This document shows, piece after piece, positions 9,246-18,407 of a stretch of DNA of 64,000 nucleotides (positions within the stretch are counted from its first letter, which is position 1; every line of letters starts with the position of its first letter). The notes beneath the pieces are model-generated. The model saw only the letters and a program-made list of their open reading frames with translations, was not told where the DNA came from and made no database searches. A program made the position numbers and the translations under genes. Where the stretch lies: the NCBI GenBank assembly GCA_964580055.1, contig CAZOJI010000010.1:4367-68366 (forward strand), read 5' to 3'. This DNA is from an uncultured Gemmatimonadaceae bacterium (GTDB taxonomy: Bacteria; Gemmatimonadota; Gemmatimonadetes; Gemmatimonadales; GWC2-71-9).

Positions 9246-9427
9246 TGAAAGACGCAGTTGAGGTGCTTCGATCAGCTCTTGCTGACAGGTGTTCGGTCGA
9301 ACGCGAGTTGGGTGTGGGAGGAATGGCGGTAGTTTGCCTGACGCAAGATCTCAAACACAGCCGTAAGGTGGCGATAAAGGTCTTTCGTCGAAGGCGCGAG
9401 ATACTGGCTGAACTGCAGACTAGGTGA
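9242..9427 (+). pseudogene. Truncated Ser/Thr kinase N-terminal fragment (61 codons)
   Basis: 'RCSVERELGVGGMAVVCLTQDLKHSRKVAIKV' is the G-loop plus VAIK lysine only, and the ORF stops 14 codons later. ATGA overlap with the upstream kinase stop. Confidence 0.6.
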
Positions 9428-9593
9428 AGCGGCGGGCCCCCTTGCCTGCTCACGGTGAGCGGCGTTGGCGAGGGCCCGCGGCATCCTCTAGTACGCCTCA
9501 ATCGAGACAACACAAGCGGCATTCGCCTGTATTCGCATATCCGTCCCGTAGTGATCCAGAGCTCTCCAGTGTACAGTCCTGTTTCCCGTACCG

Positions 9594-12224
9594 TTACGGT
9601 ATCCTGATATGGTCGCCGAAGAAGAGCGCATTCATAAAGAGCCTGTTGGTACCCCGCCAGTAGCCACGGAAGTTGGTGTTGTCGACGAACAACACGACAG
9701 TACCTCCGCCGAGTTGATCAGCGAGGACTGAAGGAGACCCGCTCAGGCGTTCGCGATTCTCCTCGGAGATGTAGCCGCTCAAGTGTGGATCGTCATCGAG
9801 CAATTTGACAACGGTGCTGTACGGGTTCTTGCTGGGAGCGAAGAACATGCTGTGGTCCCTCCACACTGGCAGGTTCCTGCGCACGTACCCGAACCCCAAC
9901 GGATGAGTGATATCTACGTCCGCCTGCCAGATTGACCCACCAATGGCCTGTGCACCCTCGAAGTCGCGGGCGTCGGCGTAGCGACGCCGCGGTGTCTCAC
10001 CTTCTTCATCCTCCGCCTCCTCGTCAGCGGGCCGCCCCATTCCCGGAGCTTCGATGTTGGGGGTGAGTCCATTGCGGGTGGCCCAGGCGGCAGCGGCCCT
10101 CTGTGCGATCAACGTGCCACCGCCTCGGACCCAGTCCTTCAAATCATCGAGTTTGTCACCGGAGAAGAAGCTCAGATCTCCAGACACGAGCACGAGTACA
10201 TCGTAATCGGACCAGGTTACGCGGCGCAGGTCGTTTACGTCCACCTTGGTCACCGGCATGGCTACGCGCTGATCCAACAGGTGCCACAACTGACCTGCTT
10301 CATAAGAGGATATCCCCTCTCCCATCGGTATCAATACACTCGGTACGCGGACGGGTCGGAAGTTGCCGCTTCCCAAGTCGATCCCTTCGACCGATTTGCC
10401 CGTCCTAGCGGCGTGAATCGGCACCCGCACATCGCGTGCGACGTCGCGGACTATCGTGAAGAGCGAGTCGGGACTCACATGCTGCGTGCTCACCGGCAGC
10501 GATATCGAGCCACGTGGGAATGAGACTTCTCCACCCGTGGTGCGCGCTGTAAAGGGACTGAATGCGGCCTCGGCGCGCACTCCCGCCGCCTGTAGCTCCT
10601 GCAAGGCGCGTGGTGCAGCAGAATTGCTCCAGTCGATCAGATAAGCGATCCCGCTCCTTTCGACGGTGAAGGGACCTCCCATAGACGGTACTTCGGCGAG
10701 TCGATCTCCCTGCGGTAGGCCCCTTCCTCGGAGTGGGTAATCGGGCATGCCGTATGCCAGACTGATCGTCCATGTCGACGCGTCGTAGAACACGCTGTCA
10801 GGAAACGTGTCGGTGCGCTCGAAGGCGGAACGCGCAAGCCGATACATAGGTTGTCTGGCCGGCACCACCCAGGCACTGCCGGGTTCGAAGTCTACTTCGT
10901 CGCCCGTGATCATCGTGGCGAGCTCGTAAATCTCCACGTGGTGCCTGAGCAGAAGATCAATGAACTCACGGTTCAAGGTGGGGTTGTCGGGGTATCCGAA
11001 CACCCAGCCTTCGATTTCGTAGTCTTCTCCCTCAGCGATCGCCGAGCGGAAGAAATCGCGCTGGTAACTACGCAGTAGCTCGCGGTTCTCTATGCCGGTG
11101 CGAACGGTAGCCATGGCGGCGCGCAACTGATTACGGATGGTAAAGGCGAACGTGAGCAGTCCGTGATGCGAGCTTTCCTGAACGTGGCCGCGAGAGCTCG
11201 CTTGCTCGAAGAGAACCGCCATGCCTCCCAAGAAGTTCGGGTAGGTGGAGCCATAACCTGGATAGCTGTTGTCGAATACGTCCCCCGAGAAATACAACGA
11301 GCCGATATCGTCCAACACAGCACTCCACCGTTCTGCGAAGATCTCAGTGATATCTCCGTACAACCGCTCAGGAATCAGTGGGTTCCATGCGCCTGGATCC
11401 GTCGGCTCGAAGAAGAACGTGCTGCTGGTTCCCATTTCATGGTGGTCTGTTACGACGTTTGCACGCCACTGGTGGTGAAACTCCACACGCGCTCTGCTCT
11501 CCGGATTCACGAGCGGGAACCAGTCGCGGTTCAGGTCGAACCAATAGTGGTTGGTGCGTCCTCCCGGCCAGACTTCGTTGTGTTCGCGATCGTTTGGGTC
11601 GGCCACGAATGGCTGGGCCCTGTTCATGTTTGCCCAGTGCGTATGTCTGGCTCGGCCATCCGGATTCAACGCCGGCTCGATATGGAAAATGCCCTGCCGC
11701 AGATACCGCTCTACTTCAGGGCCGGTGCCCGCGACCAACCAATAAGCCGTGAGCAAGGCTGCCTCGCCACCCGACGCCTCGTTGCCATGCACGTTGTATC
11801 CAAGGTGTGCGATGAGCGGGAGGTCAGTGTCGGGTGATGCGTCAGGCTCCAAAGAAGCAAGATGGTTATGGCGGATCTGCTCCAGGCGAGCATGGTTCGC
11901 CGGCGAAGTGACCGTGAGTACCGGCATGGGCCGGTGCTCGTACGTCATACCTATCGACTGGTACGTGGCGCGATCAGACAAGCGCGCCAGCTCCTGCATG
12001 TAAGCTACCATCCTATCGTGGCGAGTGTGAAAAGTCCCGATCGGGTAGCCAAGGAATTCCTGAGGTGAGGGAATCCCGGATGAGAAATTGACGCCCGTTG
12101 AGAAGAAGTATTCATTCTGCGCGTCCAACTGCAGCGGCGACAGAGCCTGCAATCCCGCCCAGAAAAGGCCGGCGAGGATTACGTTTGAACCGATCGATTT
12201 GCATGTGGAGGCAAGACGGATCAT
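9594..12224 (-). CDS. Large secreted M14 family zinc carboxypeptidase-like protein
   Basis: Signal peptide ending 'LQLDAQ'. 'HGNEASGGEAALL' (HxxE). 876 aa with a long C-terminal extension. Confidence 0.8.
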   Translation of the reverse strand: MIRLASTCKSIGSNVILAGLFWAGLQALSPLQLDAQNEYFFSTGVNFSSGIPSPQEFLGYPIGTFHTRHDRMVAYMQELARLSDRATYQSIGMTYEHRPMPVLTVTSPANHARLEQIRHNHLASLEPDASPDTDLPLIAHLGYNVHGNEASGGEAALLTAYWLVAGTGPEVERYLRQGIFHIEPALNPDGRARHTHWANMNRAQPFVADPNDREHNEVWPGGRTNHYWFDLNRDWFPLVNPESRARVEFHHQWRANVVTDHHEMGTSSTFFFEPTDPGAWNPLIPERLYGDITEIFAERWSAVLDDIGSLYFSGDVFDNSYPGYGSTYPNFLGGMAVLFEQASSRGHVQESSHHGLLTFAFTIRNQLRAAMATVRTGIENRELLRSYQRDFFRSAIAEGEDYEIEGWVFGYPDNPTLNREFIDLLLRHHVEIYELATMITGDEVDFEPGSAWVVPARQPMYRLARSAFERTDTFPDSVFYDASTWTISLAYGMPDYPLRGRGLPQGDRLAEVPSMGGPFTVERSGIAYLIDWSNSAAPRALQELQAAGVRAEAAFSPFTARTTGGEVSFPRGSISLPVSTQHVSPDSLFTIVRDVARDVRVPIHAARTGKSVEGIDLGSGNFRPVRVPSVLIPMGEGISSYEAGQLWHLLDQRVAMPVTKVDVNDLRRVTWSDYDVLVLVSGDLSFFSGDKLDDLKDWVRGGGTLIAQRAAAAWATRNGLTPNIEAPGMGRPADEEAEDEEGETPRRRYADARDFEGAQAIGGSIWQADVDITHPLGFGYVRRNLPVWRDHSMFFAPSKNPYSTVVKLLDDDPHLSGYISEENRERLSGSPSVLADQLGGGTVVLFVDNTNFRGYWRGTNRLFMNALFFGDHIRIP

Positions 12225-12243
12225 CGTGTGGCACCCTTTCTAT

Positions 12244-13677
12244 TTAGTTGCTGAATGCCTTCAGTACTTCTCTGGTCAGGTCCCAGCGGTTGAATCCCTG
12301 TTGACCCCAGTCCAGCCCTCGGCGTACGATGACGAGGTCGTGCGAGGGAACAACAATCACGTATTGGCCGCGATTGCCGGCAGTCGAATACGCCACACGC
12401 GGAACGTCGGTACGGTCGTCAGGAACGAGCCACCATTGGCCGCCGTAGAAGTTGCCGGTCTCGGCCGTGGATGGAGCGGGTGTGCGAACGAACTCGACCC
12501 ACTTCTCCGAGAGCAATCGTTCCCCGTTCCAGATACCGTTTTGTAGATACAGCATACCGAACCTTGCAAGGTCGCGAGCAGTAGTGTAGACCTGGCTACT
12601 GAGAATGAAATCGCCGAAACGGTCCACCGACAGCAATGTGTTGCGCATGCCGATCCGATCGAGCAGGGCACGCCGGGGGTATTCCAGGTAGGTCCGATCG
12701 TCACCCAGCGCAAGCTTCATTGCGTATACGGCCAGTATCGTATCGTAGTTCTCGTAGTCCCAATACGTGCCCGGCTCGTGAATCAAACCCCGGTTGCGTG
12801 CTCCGTTGACTGAACTCGCACCGGCCCAATACGCGAGACCCGAGCCAGTCGCGTATTCCATGCCTCTGCTGTCCACCGTGTACAATCCGCTCGACATATT
12901 GAGCACGTTGCGAAGCGTGATCGCGTTCCTGGGGTCGTGTTCCGGTATCGGCGATTCGGGCAGCCAGGAAAACCCGAGCGGCTCGTCCAGAGCAAGTCGC
13001 CCTTCGTCCGCGAGCATTCCGATGAGCGTGACCGCTATGCTCTTGGCGGTGGACCATGTGCGTGTTTTGGTGAACATATTCACGCCGGGCGCATAGCGCT
13101 CGTGGATTATCTGATCTCCATGGATTATCAAGAGGCTCAGCGTAACCTGCTCCGGAGTTTCACGGTCGAACGCCCAGTCGGATGCGGCAGCGAGCGCGTC
13201 GGCATCTACTGCCCGCGGAAGCGGTTCTTCAGCCACCACGTCTCCCATGGGCCAGGGGATGGTGGCCGGATCACCTGGAGGTGGCGGTGTCGTGAGGATG
13301 GGGAGGCTCTCGATGTCCTCGAGTGTCTGGTCGGGCGCCATTATCACACACCCCAGTCCGTCGCGGAATGCTGCTCGCATGACGGGAATGCCTCCCGGCG
13401 ATCCTATCGCCACGGCCTTACGCTCCCAGTCGATCTCATAGTCCCCTCCACGCGCCGTGCCAATCGGATTCCGCAGATATGCCAGCTCTTGATCAAATAC
13501 CTGCTCGAGCGTCCGATTGGAGGTGAACAGACCATTGCACATCAATATTGCCTGTACACCATGCTGTATCATGTCCCTGTTGAACTGGAAGTAATCGTAG
13601 TTTTCTTCCTGTTGTGCGCCGGCAGACGTCGCAGTGAGAAGTGCGATGATCACGAGAAGGTTCGGAAGATGCCGCAT
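12244..13677 (-). CDS. Secreted serine hydrolase, beta-lactamase-like (S12)
   Basis: Signal peptide 'LLTATSAGAQQ'. 'TWSTAKS' (SxxK). 19 nt upstream of the M14 gene on the same strand. Confidence 0.8.
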   Translation of the reverse strand: MRHLPNLLVIIALLTATSAGAQQEENYDYFQFNRDMIQHGVQAILMCNGLFTSNRTLEQVFDQELAYLRNPIGTARGGDYEIDWERKAVAIGSPGGIPVMRAAFRDGLGCVIMAPDQTLEDIESLPILTTPPPPGDPATIPWPMGDVVAEEPLPRAVDADALAAASDWAFDRETPEQVTLSLLIIHGDQIIHERYAPGVNMFTKTRTWSTAKSIAVTLIGMLADEGRLALDEPLGFSWLPESPIPEHDPRNAITLRNVLNMSSGLYTVDSRGMEYATGSGLAYWAGASSVNGARNRGLIHEPGTYWDYENYDTILAVYAMKLALGDDRTYLEYPRRALLDRIGMRNTLLSVDRFGDFILSSQVYTTARDLARFGMLYLQNGIWNGERLLSEKWVEFVRTPAPSTAETGNFYGGQWWLVPDDRTDVPRVAYSTAGNRGQYVIVVPSHDLVIVRRGLDWGQQGFNRWDLTREVLKAFSN

Positions 13678-13956
13678 AGCACATTTGCCTCAGTGTTCCG
13701 GTATGGATGGAGAATGCTTGGAATTGTTCTAACATAAAGAGCGGTGCAACGCTGCGACAGCCGCGTCACGCCGGGATTGATATCAAAGGGCGAGTGCCGG
13801 TACCGACACCCTCGGCTTGGGAGCGGACGTGATAGGGCGATGGCATTCATCGCCTGCGCGGAGCCAACGGGGTAGTGGCACCTGGTTCTCGCAATCCAGG
13901 AACGGGACAAGACTGTTTTTCTATTGGCCGATGGGTCGTGACCAAGAGGTATTGAC

Positions 13957-15276
13957 ATGACAACAACTAGCAGGACCGAACAGGAAACAGGCGCTGATCG
14001 CGTCAAGGCGGACTACAAACAACTGTTCTTCCCGTGTGGACCTCCACTCTATGAAGATCCGCTGATTCTCACGGAGGGGCGAGGTGCTCATGTGATCGAT
14101 TCAGAGGGGGACGACTATCTCGATTTCTTCAGCGGAATACTCACCACATCGGTCGGGCACTGCCATCCCGACGTGGTTGAGCGCGTGCGCGCGCAGGTAG
14201 GTGTGCTGGGTCACGTTTCTACACTTTATCTGAATGAGCAGCAGGTGAGCGCGGCACGGCGGCTTCGCGAGATCGCTCCGGGTGAGTTGGAGAAAACATT
14301 CTTCACGAACAGTGGAACCGAGGCCGTCGAGACGGCCGTAATGCTGGCCTGCCTCTACACCGGACGCAGCGAAGTGATCGCACTGCGCCAAGCGTATTCC
14401 GGCCGCAGTTTTCTGGCCACTAATCTGACTGCGCACGGAGGTTGGCGCCCGCTTGGTTCGACCATGCCGGGCATCAAGCACGTCATGTCGCCGGACCGAT
14501 ACAGAAGTCCCTTCGGCGACCTGGACAACGAGGCCTTCGTCGAACTGCTGGCTCGCGATCTCGAAGAAGCAATACAAACAGTGATGAACGGCAGACCGGC
14601 AGCGTTCGTGGCCGAAACCATCCAAGGAGTCGCCGGCTACGTCGTACCGCCTCCAGGGTACTTCCAGAGAATGGTTGAGATCGTTCACGAGTACGGGGGG
14701 CTGTTCATATGCGATGAGGTACAGGCGGGCTTTGGCCGCACAGGCGGGAAATGGTTCGGTATTGAACACTGGGATGTCGAACCCGACATAATGGTGATGG
14801 CCAAGGGCATCGCCAACGGATTCCCGGTGGGCGCGACGATTGCGAAACCGGAGATCGCTGAGGCTTGGACGGCGAAAACGATCTCTACGTTCGGCGCCAA
14901 CCCGGTTTGCATGGCGGCAATGGACGCCACGTTGGACGTGATGGTACGCGAGGACACGCCCGGGCGTTCGGAGTCTCGCGGGCGTCAGCTTCGTGCGGGT
15001 CTCGAAAGACTACACGAGCGGTATGACTGTATTGGCGATGTGCGAGGCATGGGGTTGATGCAAGCACTCGATCTGGTCGAGAATCGTGAGACCAAGGAGC
15101 CGAGCGCTTCTAAGGCTCGCACCATGCTCGAGGCAACGAAACGGGAGCGCCTGCTGGTCGGTCTCGGAGGGTTGCACGGAAACGTGTTGCGTCTCGGGCC
15201 CTCGATGTTGGTGACGGAGGAAGAGGTGCAAGATTGCCTGGATCGGCTCGACCGAGCTTTTCGTTCGGTCTGTTGA
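13957..15276 (+). CDS. Class-III (omega) aminotransferase, PLP-dependent
   Basis: 'FTNSGTEAVE', 'FICDEVQAGFGRTG', 'MAKGIANGFPVGA' (PLP lysine). Confidence 0.9.
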   Translation: MTTTSRTEQETGADRVKADYKQLFFPCGPPLYEDPLILTEGRGAHVIDSEGDDYLDFFSGILTTSVGHCHPDVVERVRAQVGVLGHVSTLYLNEQQVSAARRLREIAPGELEKTFFTNSGTEAVETAVMLACLYTGRSEVIALRQAYSGRSFLATNLTAHGGWRPLGSTMPGIKHVMSPDRYRSPFGDLDNEAFVELLARDLEEAIQTVMNGRPAAFVAETIQGVAGYVVPPPGYFQRMVEIVHEYGGLFICDEVQAGFGRTGGKWFGIEHWDVEPDIMVMAKGIANGFPVGATIAKPEIAEAWTAKTISTFGANPVCMAAMDATLDVMVREDTPGRSESRGRQLRAGLERLHERYDCIGDVRGMGLMQALDLVENRETKEPSASKARTMLEATKRERLLVGLGGLHGNVLRLGPSMLVTEEEVQDCLDRLDRAFRSVC

Positions 15277-15505
15277 GAAAGAGCCCGGACGAGGAAGCCG
15301 GTCGAGCGGGGACGCCTCCGAAGAAGAAGGTGTACTTCACCCAAGCAGTGGCGAGACGTCCATCTACGTTGATCTCCAGATCCCAGATCTGCTCGTCGAG
15401 AATCTCGTCTCGCGGTTGGGCGATCGAGCTGAGCCAGCCCTGCGCGCGCTGTCGATCAGGGACCCCGCGTTAGTCGAGGCGTTTCTGAAGGAGCACGACG
15501 GCAGG

Positions 15506-16045
15506 TTAGCGCCTCCTGCTTCGCCTCACGCCAAGCGGGATGGAAATGCCGGCTACGGTCCTGAATGGACTTACCCTACGGTTGATGTAGGTCCACCTCG
15601 CCTCCGCAAATGGTTTGATCGGGAGCATGAATCTGGGGAGATCGACTCCGAGGAACAGGTTGTAGCCGGTTTCGGTTGTCGGCCCGGAGCTCGTGGGCAG
15701 ACTGTCGTATGCGACTACGAACCCGGCTCCTCCGTAAACGACTGCAGCGAGCCTGATAAGGGCATCCGCGTTGACCTGCCATTGGTTTCGACCTTCCAAC
15801 AGGAAGACGTCTCCGCTTGGCTGTATCTGAATTCCAGGGAGCATTGGGAGCGAAAACCGCAAGAATCCGCCGATGCTCCATACGTCTTCGTCCCAGTCAA
15901 ATCCCCCTCTAGCCCCGATGGAGGGAGGCGGCATCGGGGGACTGGGCCGCCTGGCGAATTGTGCGTCCACTACACCGGGCGAGGATAGCAGCAGTGCAAA
16001 CGCCATAATCACCCCACATTTAACGCTTCTCCTTGGTCCGGTCAT
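15506..16045 (-). CDS. Small outer-membrane beta-barrel-like protein
   Basis: The internal ATG at 16045 gives the signal peptide 'MTGPRRSVKCGVIMAFALLLSSPGVVDAQ', followed by alternating-hydrophobicity beta-strand sequence. Preferred over the opposite-strand ORF 15416..15988. Confidence 0.55.
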   Translation of the reverse strand: MTGPRRSVKCGVIMAFALLLSSPGVVDAQFARRPSPPMPPPSIGARGGFDWDEDVWSIGGFLRFSLPMLPGIQIQPSGDVFLLEGRNQWQVNADALIRLAAVVYGGAGFVVAYDSLPTSSGPTTETGYNLFLGVDLPRFMLPIKPFAEARWTYINRRVSPFRTVAGISIPLGVRRSRRR

Positions 16046-16199
16046 GGTGTTGGCCTCCGTACAGCCTTTTCGATCGTGATTATTTTCGTCGACACTGCCT
16101 GTTCTGAAAACACCGCAGGCATATGCGCGGTTCCGCTGTCGGCACATGTAATGAAGCTGCTTCCGCTGTTCGCACTTCCGCAATCGATTAATATTCCGC

Positions 16200-16526
16200 A
16201 TGCCAAGCCGTAGACGGAAGAGCAAGGCAACGCACAATGAAGCTTTCGCTGATCCTATACTGGACCGGCTTCCTGCTGCAGTGCTGGACCTCCACCATTT
16301 TTCGGCCGCCGAGGCCGAGCAGGCAGTGTGCTCCTTCGTTCAGACGTGGCACCGACGCGCGCCAGGGTCCGTGGTGCATATCGTGACCGGTAAGGGGCGC
16401 AGGTCACCTGGGGCTCCGGCCCTCAAACCGCGGGTTCGGCAGGTATTGGAAAAGCGCATGTCGATTCTGGTCAGAGAATGGACACGGGATGTCGACGACG
16501 GCGGATTCCTGGTGCTTCTCCGGTAA
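16200..16526 (+). CDS. Smr domain protein
   Basis: 'LDLHHFSAAEAEQAV' and 'VHIVTGKGRRS'. Confidence 0.75.
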   Translation: MPSRRRKSKATHNEAFADPILDRLPAAVLDLHHFSAAEAEQAVCSFVQTWHRRAPGSVVHIVTGKGRRSPGAPALKPRVRQVLEKRMSILVREWTRDVDDGGFLVLLR

Positions 16527-16574
16527 TCGGCTGTCCAAGAGGATGAAACTGCTTGTGAGACGGGAGCGTCGAAC

Positions 16575-16997
16575 ATGAAATTCCATCAGCGTGAATTCAG
16601 GTTGCAGGCTCATCCGAGGGGTTTCCATTTGGTGACAGACGTGATCGAGAGAGAGATGCCCGAGATTGGAGAGCTCTCAGTCGGCTTCGCTCAGATCTTC
16701 ATCAAGCATACCTCGGCGAGTCTAACGCTCAACGAGAACGCCGATCCTACGGTACGATCGGATCTCGAGTCTCACTTCAACCGGGCGGTGCCCGAGAACG
16801 CTCCCTACTATCTCCACAATTCCGAGGGCGCCGACGACATGCCGGCACACATCAAGTCATCGTTGCTGGGCAGCTCAGTACTGGTCCCGATCACTTCCGG
16901 CCGCTTGAATCTGGGAACTTGGCAGGGGGTATACCTCTGCGAGCACCGTGACCGCGGGGGGCGTCGCAAGTTGGTGGTGACGGTCGCCGGAGAATAG
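16575..16997 (+). CDS. yjbQ: YjbQ/UPF0047 family (secondary thiamine-phosphate synthase-like)
   Basis: 'HTSASLTLNENADPTVRSDLE', 'DDMPAHIKSSLLGSS', 'GRLNLGTWQGVYLCEHR'. Confidence 0.85.
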   Translation: MKFHQREFRLQAHPRGFHLVTDVIEREMPEIGELSVGFAQIFIKHTSASLTLNENADPTVRSDLESHFNRAVPENAPYYLHNSEGADDMPAHIKSSLLGSSVLVPITSGRLNLGTWQGVYLCEHRDRGGRRKLVVTVAGE

Positions 16998-17049
16998 TCG
17001 GTAATCACCGGCTCCGCTCGAAGCGGTCTCGATCTTCGATTCGCGGGCC

Positions 17050-18186
17050 TCAAGCGCGTTTCAGGTGGACCTCTACGGCCGCAACCAGTTGGTCGATTTC
17101 TCCGATCGTATTGTACAAATGCGGTGAGACCCGGATACGTCCGCGCCGCCTGGAAATGACGAAGTTCTGCGCGGTCAGTCTTTCCAGCAGATCGGCGCCG
17201 TCAGCCTTGGGATGATTGAACGTGAGAATATGATGCCTGGCATCGGGAGCCGGGAAAACATCCGCGCCGAGTTCCTCGAGACCAAATGCGAGGTGGTCGA
17301 CGAGTTCGTGGATATGCTTCGCTATTGTGGGAACTCCCGCCTCCTGCAGTAGCTCCAGGGCGGCATGAAACCCCACTATCAAGGCCCATGGTAAGCTTCC
17401 CTCTTCCAGCTTTGCTGCATCTTTTCGCAACTCGAAGTACGCCCGATCGAAGTTCCATGCCTCCGTCGTGCTCTTCCAACCCACCAGCACAGGCCTCAGC
17501 CGGTCGATCACGTCCTCACTCACGTACAGAGCGCCCAAACCGTGCATTGCCAGCAGCCATTTGTGGCTGTCAGCCGATAGAAAGTGTGCGCCGATCTCCT
17601 TGACGTAAGTCTCGAGTGCTCCAACGGTCTGGATTCCGTCAACGCAGAAGAGGATGTCGCGGTCGCGGCAAAGCGCTCCGATCGCGGTGAGGTCGGTGAC
17701 GGCTCCGGTTGCGTACTGCGCCGAACTCACCGAAACGAGTCGCGTGTCCGGTTTCAGTGTGTTTTGCACAGCTTCAGGGGTCACCGTGCCGTCCGGTGCG
17801 GCGATTGTATCTACCTCAACGCCGCGGTCGTGGAGGTGCTGCCATACGTAAACATTTGACGGGTACTCGATCTCCGTAGCCACCGCCACGCGGTCGCCCG
17901 GTTTCCAGGGAAGGCCTTCTGCTACCAGGGCGAGCCCGTGGGATGTGTTGCGCACGAAGCATATCTCGTGCGGCGATGCCCCTATCAGCCGCGCGAACCT
18001 GGCGCGACAGGCTTCAGCTGTTTCAATCCAACCTTCCTCTTCCAGGATTCCCCGTTTCACGCAGCCCTCGAACCAAGCCGTCATTGCGTCGCGGGCGCGG
18101 GTGGAGGTCGGGGATACCCCTGCGTGATTCAGGTATACGAGGGACTCGGTAACGGGGAATTCGGCTCGGTAGCGTGATAGGCTCAT
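17050..18186 (-). CDS. Class-V aminotransferase fold enzyme (cysteine desulfurase/IscS-SufS-like family)
   Basis: 'YLNHAGVSP' N-terminus and 'SADSHKWL' (PLP lysine). Confidence 0.8.
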   Translation of the reverse strand: MSLSRYRAEFPVTESLVYLNHAGVSPTSTRARDAMTAWFEGCVKRGILEEEGWIETAEACRARFARLIGASPHEICFVRNTSHGLALVAEGLPWKPGDRVAVATEIEYPSNVYVWQHLHDRGVEVDTIAAPDGTVTPEAVQNTLKPDTRLVSVSSAQYATGAVTDLTAIGALCRDRDILFCVDGIQTVGALETYVKEIGAHFLSADSHKWLLAMHGLGALYVSEDVIDRLRPVLVGWKSTTEAWNFDRAYFELRKDAAKLEEGSLPWALIVGFHAALELLQEAGVPTIAKHIHELVDHLAFGLEELGADVFPAPDARHHILTFNHPKADGADLLERLTAQNFVISRRRGRIRVSPHLYNTIGEIDQLVAAVEVHLKRA

Positions 18187-18407
18187 GGTTGCAACGCCGT
18201 GTTGGTGGAGCGGAGTTCAAAATGGATTGCGGGGCCGGCCCAACTGCAATCGGCTGCGAATGTAAGCTGAAGGTATGTGCGCGGCAACGGCTAGCAGGAG
18301 GCGTACGGGCATCGATTCCGCTGGGCGGCGCGTACGGCGAACATGGCACAGCGATGGCGCGTCTACCGCAAACTCGCGGGAGGTGGTAGCTTGACCGGCT
18401 TCGACGT

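Noticed and set aside
13740-13956. Possible riboswitch or structured leader upstream of the class-III aminotransferase. It has a GGCGATG/CATCGCC hairpin at 13836-54, CCTGG/CCAGG at ~13885-13904, and a 'GGGACAAGAC' string faintly reminiscent of guanidine-III.
   Set aside because: I could not match it to any riboswitch consensus I know (glycine, lysine, TPP, SAM, cobalamin, ykkC classes, glnA). The stems are short, and the region also has to hold two divergent promoters. It needs a covariance-model (Rfam/Infernal) scan.
15277-15465. The minus-strand frame reads '...ILDEQIWDLEINVDGRLATAWVKYTFFFGG', which resembles the C-terminal strands of NTF2-like/DUF4440-type proteins.
   Set aside because: There is no start codon after the upstream TAA. 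The similarity is a short motif-level impression only, and the frame runs into the aminotransferase 3' end. At best it is a decayed fragment, which is too weak to report as a feature.
15416-15988. 190-aa plus-strand ORF overlapping the small OMP gene.
   Set aside because: The minus-strand frame gives a clean signal peptide and beta-barrel-like sequence. The plus-strand product has no signal or motif and a biased composition.
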